From Thermoanaerobaculia bacterium (lineage in GTDB: Bacteria; Acidobacteriota; Thermoanaerobaculia; Gp7-AA8), in assembly GCA_034665065.1 (NCBI GenBank), contig JAXDGL010000017.1:6559-70558 (forward strand): a stretch of DNA of 64,000 nucleotides, given 5' to 3'. The position numbers and the translations under genes are program-made. Numbering within the stretch: the first letter of the stretch is position 1; every line of letters starts with the position of its first letter. Below are positions 58,974-64,000 of the stretch, in pieces. The notes under the pieces are model-generated. The model was not told the origin of the DNA. It did not search any database and saw nothing but the letters and a program-made list of their open reading frames with translations.

Positions 58974-60729
58974 TACGAACGCGCCGCTTCAACTCTTCCT
59001 CCCGCGGCCGGTGAGGGTGTTGCTGTGGGCGATCACCGTGGGCGTTATCGCTCTCGTCGCGATCCCGAGCATCTACCTTCTCCTCTGGAGCCTAATGGGA
59101 ACGGAAGTAGTTGGTCGTTTGGACCTCCATCGGGCGTCGTTCCGCTGGTTTGGCGCAGTCCTCAGCTCTCCCGACTGGCTGGCGGCAATGTCTCGCTCCG
59201 TACTGCTCGGAGCGTTCGCTTCTGTAGCGGGCGCTCTTTTGAACGGCGCCTACAATTATTCCAAACACTTCACGAGCCTAGGATACCGTCGCACAACGAA
59301 TCTCGCGATGACAGTTCTCTTGCTGAACCCTCTCATTTGCTATGCGCTGAGCATGAGCAATGTTCGGGCGGTCATCCGCAACGTGATTCTCAACCTACCC
59401 GCTGGAATCTCGAATTTGGCACCCTTCCTCGACACAATGCGTGTGGACGTGTGGTTCACCCTGCTCATGGGGCATTTGGCAATCATTACGCCTCTGCAGT
59501 TCCTATTATTCGAGGCGGCAGACCGCGGTATGCCACCGTCGATGCTTTGGGCAGCGCGCACTCTCGGCGCCGGACACGTCCGTTCTTTCCGCGCGGTCTA
59601 CGTTCCCTGCATGCGCGGAACATTTATAGCCTCAGTGATTGTTGGTTTCTTTGCGTCATTTGACGAGATTGTGCTTGCGCTGTTCATGCTCGACGATGGA
59701 ATGGCTACTATTCCTCTTAAGGTATATCGAAGTATTTCGCAGGTAGTACAGCCTCATGCCGCTGTTACGTCCGCAATAGTGATGGTCGCGGCCGGGACGA
59801 CGTGGTTCCTTTATTCGCGCACGAGGCCGTCTCCGCGTTTTGACGTTCACAGCCTCAGAGAGCGACTCGAAGGACTACCTAGAGAGGTTCTCGCATTCGC
59901 TCTGACCACAGTCACGATCTTTATGTTAGTAGGCGGGCACGGCGACATTCCTCTAGTGTTTCATGGAATGGTCGCAGTGTTAAGTGGCTTGGCCGCTGGC
60001 ACAATTGTCGGGCTTCTACGGCTGCACAACATTCTGAAGCTGCTTCTGATCAGTGTAAACGTCGAGACGGTATTTCGCGGCTTGGCGCGCGCGTTTGTTT
60101 TGGAGGGCGTAACTCACGATGTTCGCCTCATTAAAGCCGTCGAGGCGGGGGGCTTCACCGAAATGACGCAGGATCGGATGCAGCGTCTTGCGAGAACGGC
60201 TTTCGGCGAGTTTCCTCACGGACGATATGTAGGAACCGATCGGCATGTGCCGTCGCGATTTCAAGAGTTGTATCCGAACTACCTTCACGATCAAATGCTC
60301 TCGCGTTCTAAGCGGGGCGACATTCGGTTTGTGCTTTATGGCGCGCGTGAATTTGAAGACGACCGAGCGGCTCATCCCGCGGCGGCGCGGTCATTTGTAA
60401 GCATGCACACCGCGGCCGGCGTAACTCTCCTAAGCGTCCCGTGGTCCGCTGCCATTGAGATCAGCAAGAAGCTTGAACTCGAGACGCCGGATCTGGGCGT
60501 GTTCGAAGGCCGTGCTGCTGTGTTCTTTGATCCGCCAACTACAGGTCGGGAGAAATGGCGCGTGATGTTGGACAACGTTGAAGGACATCGCCTGACACAA
60601 CTGCGCAATTATTTCTATGAACTCGTGGATCATGCGCAGGAAATAGTCCGTGGTGGAGAAGATGCTACCTTTTTTCGTGATCTCGACGATGACGACCGCC
60701 ACAAGTTGAAGTCATATATTCTCGCGTAG
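58957..60729 (+). CDS. ABC permease (PotC-like) fused to two extra TM helices and a ~230-aa soluble domain
   Basis: SFRWF, EAA-like MLWAARTLGA, FFASFDEIVLALF, TIPLKVY, then an unrelated C-terminal half. Confidence 0.8.
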   Translation: MYELSSTNAPLQLFLPRPVRVLLWAITVGVIALVAIPSIYLLLWSLMGTEVVGRLDLHRASFRWFGAVLSSPDWLAAMSRSVLLGAFASVAGALLNGAYNYSKHFTSLGYRRTTNLAMTVLLLNPLICYALSMSNVRAVIRNVILNLPAGISNLAPFLDTMRVDVWFTLLMGHLAIITPLQFLLFEAADRGMPPSMLWAARTLGAGHVRSFRAVYVPCMRGTFIASVIVGFFASFDEIVLALFMLDDGMATIPLKVYRSISQVVQPHAAVTSAIVMVAAGTTWFLYSRTRPSPRFDVHSLRERLEGLPREVLAFALTTVTIFMLVGGHGDIPLVFHGMVAVLSGLAAGTIVGLLRLHNILKLLLISVNVETVFRGLARAFVLEGVTHDVRLIKAVEAGGFTEMTQDRMQRLARTAFGEFPHGRYVGTDRHVPSRFQELYPNYLHDQMLSRSKRGDIRFVLYGAREFEDDRAAHPAAARSFVSMHTAAGVTLLSVPWSAAIEISKKLELETPDLGVFEGRAAVFFDPPTTGREKWRVMLDNVEGHRLTQLRNYFYELVDHAQEIVRGGEDATFFRDLDDDDRHKLKSYILA

Positions 60730-60740
60730 GGAGCAAGAAA

Positions 60741-61514
60741 ATGACTGGAGTACCCATTTCAAGCCACGAGTCAGCATTTGGAAAGGCGCTCGCAGTTGTT
60801 TGGCCGGAGTTCGTCAACGGCGAGAAGCGGCGCGCTACGATGCTGCCCTTTCTCACCGCGAATGTACCGACCGGGGCCGCCCGTGCTCTCGATTTAGGCT
60901 GCGGGACAGGTTGTGAAGTCATCGAGCTGGCACGAAACAGCCAGCTCGACGTCACGGCTAACGAGGTTGATGACGACCTTGCCTACTTGGCGAGGTGTCG
61001 CGCCGGCGTGCTTAGCGATCGTATTGCTTGGACTGGTGTGGATTGGCGCGATTTGAGAAAGGCGTTCGGCCCCGAGCGTTTCGATCTTGTTTTCCTCGTC
61101 GGAAATTCGTTCTCTCTACTGTTGAGCGAGGATGACCGACGAGATGCGGCGAGCCAGATTTACGACATCTGTCGCAGCAATGGCCGCTTCGTCGTCGATA
61201 TTCGAAACTTCGAGTACATTTTGGACCAAAGGGAGTCGATACTTCGTGGGTGGTTCCGGTACTCGGGACGCGTCATCTATTGCGGTACAGAGATCAAAGG
61301 AATACCTATTGCAATAGCCGATGAGCGGGTGACTTTTGGATACTTTACTGGAACTGGTGAGCGGATGGGGACACTCGACATGGTTCCCCTCACGATCGTG
61401 CGTCTCATAGAGTGCTTTACATCCGCAGGGTTCCGAGTCCACGAGATTCTGAGTGATCTGGTCAGCGGTCTCAATCTAGATGCGGACTTTTTCAGCGTCG
61501 TCTTCACGAAATAG
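60741..61514 (+). CDS. Class I SAM methyltransferase, glycine/sarcosine N-methyltransferase-like
   Basis: LDLGCGTG, DWRDL, VFLVGNSFSLL (cf. CLGNSF.HL), VDIRNFEYILD (cf. D.RNYD.IL), IYCG, and terminal DFFSVVFTK. Confidence 0.8.
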   Translation: MTGVPISSHESAFGKALAVVWPEFVNGEKRRATMLPFLTANVPTGAARALDLGCGTGCEVIELARNSQLDVTANEVDDDLAYLARCRAGVLSDRIAWTGVDWRDLRKAFGPERFDLVFLVGNSFSLLLSEDDRRDAASQIYDICRSNGRFVVDIRNFEYILDQRESILRGWFRYSGRVIYCGTEIKGIPIAIADERVTFGYFTGTGERMGTLDMVPLTIVRLIECFTSAGFRVHEILSDLVSGLNLDADFFSVVFTK

Positions 61515-61549
61515 CAAACCTCGATTGTTCTTAGTTGTTCGCGATGCTA

Positions 61550-62150
61550 TCGACGGGAGGGGTTGGCCTTCGGGGCGACACCCCGCACGCGGATTCCATT
61601 CGGGGCACGCACTCTTGTCGTGATTCGGTATTCATGCGCAAGCGCGCGGACCTCGCCGTCGCTGACGATCGTTTCGAAGACTCGCCCGCGGGCTCTGGCG
61701 AGGAGGGCTTCGACGGAGCCTTGCCAGTGCAGTTCGCCGCGGCCATGGCAGGAGGTGCATCGCCGTTGTTTCGACGTCGCTGGCGATGGCTGGAGAGGAT
61801 GATGATTCGTTTTCTGGCCAGCGCGGTGAGCAGATCGCGGAAGCGGTGGCGCGCTTCGATGTCCAGTCCGGTCGTTGGCTCGTCGACAATGAGCAGCGGC
61901 GATCGCCGAGGAGGGCGCGGGCGATGCCGATGCGCTGACGCGTGCCGCCGGAGAAATCGCGCACGCGGCGATCGGCGTGCTCCTCGAGTCCAACGGCGAG
62001 GAGCAGCCCTTCGATCTACGCGCGCCGTTCTGACACGCGATCCATGCCCCGCCCGAGCGCCCAGAAGTCGAGAGACAGCGTTGGTGTCAGGCCCGCGTAG
62101 GCGTAGTGCTGCGACTGAGGACACGGAGTCGACCTGTGCCCTTTGGCCAT
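61550..62150 (-). pseudogene. Frameshifted, truncated paralog of the ABC ATPase at 63454-63999
   Basis: Colinear with 63550-64000 (RDFSGG.RQRIGIARALLGD, IVDEPTTGLDIEARHRFRDLL, HEYRITTRVR). Carries several small deletions and an in-frame TAG near 62016. Confidence 0.85.
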
Positions 62151-62155
62151 TACGG

Positions 62156-62782
62156 TTACTGCTTTTGTGGCCCTCGATCGAACCACCACATTGCGGCCGA
62201 CAGCAGCATGAGCGCGGAGAAGACCCAGATCGCGCCGACCGTCTTTGTGGCCATGTGGCCGGCGACGGCATAGGCGATCGCGGGCGGCAGCGAACCGGCG
62301 ATCGACGCGATCGTGATCTGCCACCAGTTCATCGACACCGTTGTTCCGGCGATGATCGACATCACCTCGGCCATGATCGGCACGGGCCGCGTGGCTACGA
62401 TCGCCACCATGCCCCATCGGTCGAGCAGCCGCGACGCGCGCGCGTATTCGGCATCACTGACGAAGCGCCGCACCTTCTCCTTCCCCGCTCTTCCCATCGC
62501 GAATCCCGCCAGCGAGCAGCCAGTCGATCCGATGAGCGAGAGGATCGATCCGATCCAGACACCGAACAGCGCCCCGTGCGCGATCATGATCACGCTCGAC
62601 GGCACCGGCAGCACGACATCAGCGATGAGAAGACCGACGCCGATCGCACCCGCCAGCGGCCCCGCTGCCTTCAACGCAGGCATCGGGTCAGTCAACAGCG
62701 GAACCCCCAACGCCTCGGCGATACCGAACCCCGCCAGGAAAGTGCCGGCAAGGGCGAGCGAAATCCAGAGATACCGGCGCAT
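62156..62782 (-). CDS. DedA/VTT (TVP38/TMEM64) family membrane protein
   Basis: LLIADVVLPVPSSVIM..GALFG, TRPVPIMAE, GSLPPAIAYA. Confidence 0.85.
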   Translation of the reverse strand: MRRYLWISLALAGTFLAGFGIAEALGVPLLTDPMPALKAAGPLAGAIGVGLLIADVVLPVPSSVIMIAHGALFGVWIGSILSLIGSTGCSLAGFAMGRAGKEKVRRFVSDAEYARASRLLDRWGMVAIVATRPVPIMAEVMSIIAGTTVSMNWWQITIASIAGSLPPAIAYAVAGHMATKTVGAIWVFSALMLLSAAMWWFDRGPQKQ

Positions 62783-62879
62783 GGATTTTCAAGCTACCGG
62801 AAATGCGGGGAAAAGGCGATGCTGGATGAGCGTCGCGGCCTTACGTCATTCCATCTCCTTATGCTATCGTTCCTTGCAG

Positions 62880-63173
62880 GTGGCGCTTCGCACGAATGGA
62901 TTCCATGTCGGAGAGCGCCTGAATCACTTTGACAGGCATCGGGACGAGTATCCCTGGATTGACCAGTTTGCGTACGAGGAAGCTGCCGATGAGTTCCTCA
63001 CAAAAGAGCCTCCCCCCTCTGCAAAGGAATGTCTGAGGCGGAACGGTGCCAGAATTCGCTACGATACTGCGTCGTTTGAATTTGGGATCGTGTCAACGGA
63101 CAACCACATCGTGACGTACTTTTATCGGCGTACCAACGGGCTTGAGTACTTCAAGCGGGAGTGCACCCGATGA
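62880..63173 (+). CDS. Stand-alone polymorphic-toxin-like nuclease domain (putative BECR-type RNase)
   Basis: GF...NHFDRHRDEY...YEEAADEFL...RRNGARIRYD....EFGIV..D..IVTYF......YF pattern, as in Rhs/CdiA/LXG C-terminal tips. Start is GTG 62880 or ATG 62826. Confidence 0.6.
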   Translation: MALRTNGFHVGERLNHFDRHRDEYPWIDQFAYEEAADEFLTKEPPPSAKECLRRNGARIRYDTASFEFGIVSTDNHIVTYFYRRTNGLEYFKRECTR

Positions 63174-63403
63174 AGCACATCTGCCCTGTGTGTTTCTACG
63201 ATGGACTTCTGCGCCCGCCCATCGACCATCACATCTGTCCGTGTTGTGGAACCGAGTTCGGGCTGGATGACTTCGATTACACGGTCCCACAACTTCGCGC
63301 TCGGTGGCTGGCTGCGGGAGCACGATGGTTCAGCCGCGATCAACAACCTCCGCCCGGCTGGAATGCGTCTCTACAACTCATGAGTGTTGCGAGCGCCAAA
63401 TGA
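63170..63403 (+). CDS. CPCC-type Cys-rich putative immunity protein
   Basis: CPVC...HICPCCGTEFGLDD...RARWLAAGARWF...PPGWN..LQL. ATGA-coupled to the toxin-like ORF, with a GGGAG SD. Confidence 0.7.
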   Translation: MKHICPVCFYDGLLRPPIDHHICPCCGTEFGLDDFDYTVPQLRARWLAAGARWFSRDQQPPPGWNASLQLMSVASAK

Positions 63404-63453
63404 CGGCAGTCCGCTGATAGAGGGCTGCATCAACACCGGCAAGTCCACCGCTC

Positions 63454-63999
63454 CTACTCAAACACAAACGCGAAACTCCCTCTCCGTATCGCACCCACGG
63501 AAACTTCGCTGAGGTAAGCCTCTTCCAGCGTGGCCTTCACCTCGGGGCCGGGAAGAGATTGGCCTTCGGCGGCGACCCCGCGGATGCGGATTCCGTTCGG
63601 AACGCGCACTCTGGTCGTGATTCGGTACTCGTGCGAGAGCGCGCGCACGTCGGCATCGGCGACGATCGTCTCGAAGACGCGGCCTCTCGCTCGGGCGAGG
63701 AGCGCTTCGACCGAGCCTTCCCAACGCAGCTCGCCGCGAGCGAGAAGAAGGAGGTGCATCGCGGTGGTTTCGACGTCGCTGGCGATGTGGCTGGAGAGGA
63801 TGATGATTCGCTTTCTCGCCAGCGCGGTGAGCAGATCGCGGAAGCGGTGGCGCGCTTCGATGTCGAGTCCCGTCGTTGGCTCGTCAACGATCAGCAGCGG
63901 CGGATCGCCGAGGAGTGCGCGGGCGATGCCGATGCGCTGGCGCATGCCGCCGGAGAAGTCGCGCACGCGGCGATCGGCGTGCTCCTCCAGTCCGACGGC
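63454..63999 (-). CDS. ABC exporter-type ATP-binding protein (5'-partial)
   Basis: FSGGMRQRIGIARAL, VDEPTTGLD, ILSSHI, ATLEEAYL. The frame is open to the window edge. Confidence 0.9.
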   Translation of the reverse strand, partial: AVGLEEHADRRVRDFSGGMRQRIGIARALLGDPPLLIVDEPTTGLDIEARHRFRDLLTALARKRIIILSSHIASDVETTAMHLLLLARGELRWEGSVEALLARARGRVFETIVADADVRALSHEYRITTRVRVPNGIRIRGVAAEGQSLPGPEVKATLEEAYLSEVSVGAIRRGSFAFVFE

Positions 64000-64000
64000 C

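Noticed and set aside
61535-62932. 465-aa plus-strand ORF
   Set aside because: Arg-rich antisense shadow of the pseudogene and the DedA gene.
1-64000. tRNA, rRNA, integrase or transposase genes
   Set aside because: No cloverleaf, rRNA-like segment or recombinase ORF was recognised by eye.

Overview
High-GC bacterial chromosome segment. Gene content and protein style suggest Acidobacteriota, possibly Thermoanaerobaculia-like (inference only). The core is a complete minus-strand str-S10-spc-alpha ribosomal superoperon (rpsL to rplQ, 26.4-47.5 kb) and a plus-strand thrS-infC-rpmI-rplT-pheS cluster, with no pheT after pheS. The left arm carries housekeeping and envelope genes (TolB-like propeller protein, wHTH-FHA regulator, JAMM peptidase, miaA, ComEC, RlmD-like methyltransferase, amidase, ABC-F, M28 peptidase, GH25). 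The right arm has a compositionally distinct island: a PotABCD-like ABC importer with an unusual permease fusion, plus a glycine/sarcosine N-methyltransferase homolog. It is followed by a decayed ABC-ATPase copy and an orphan toxin/CPCC-immunity pair. The most notable signals are (1) an unannotated Thr-rich leader peptide with attenuator architecture upstream of thrS, (2) the ABC/methyltransferase island, (3) 13 heptamer-repeat hairpins in or beside the translation operons, (4) the stand-alone toxin-immunity pair, and (5) an apparently exported JAMM protease beside a kinase/FHA module. No rRNA, tRNA, CRISPR array or intact transposase was seen. All calls are by eye; no searches were run.
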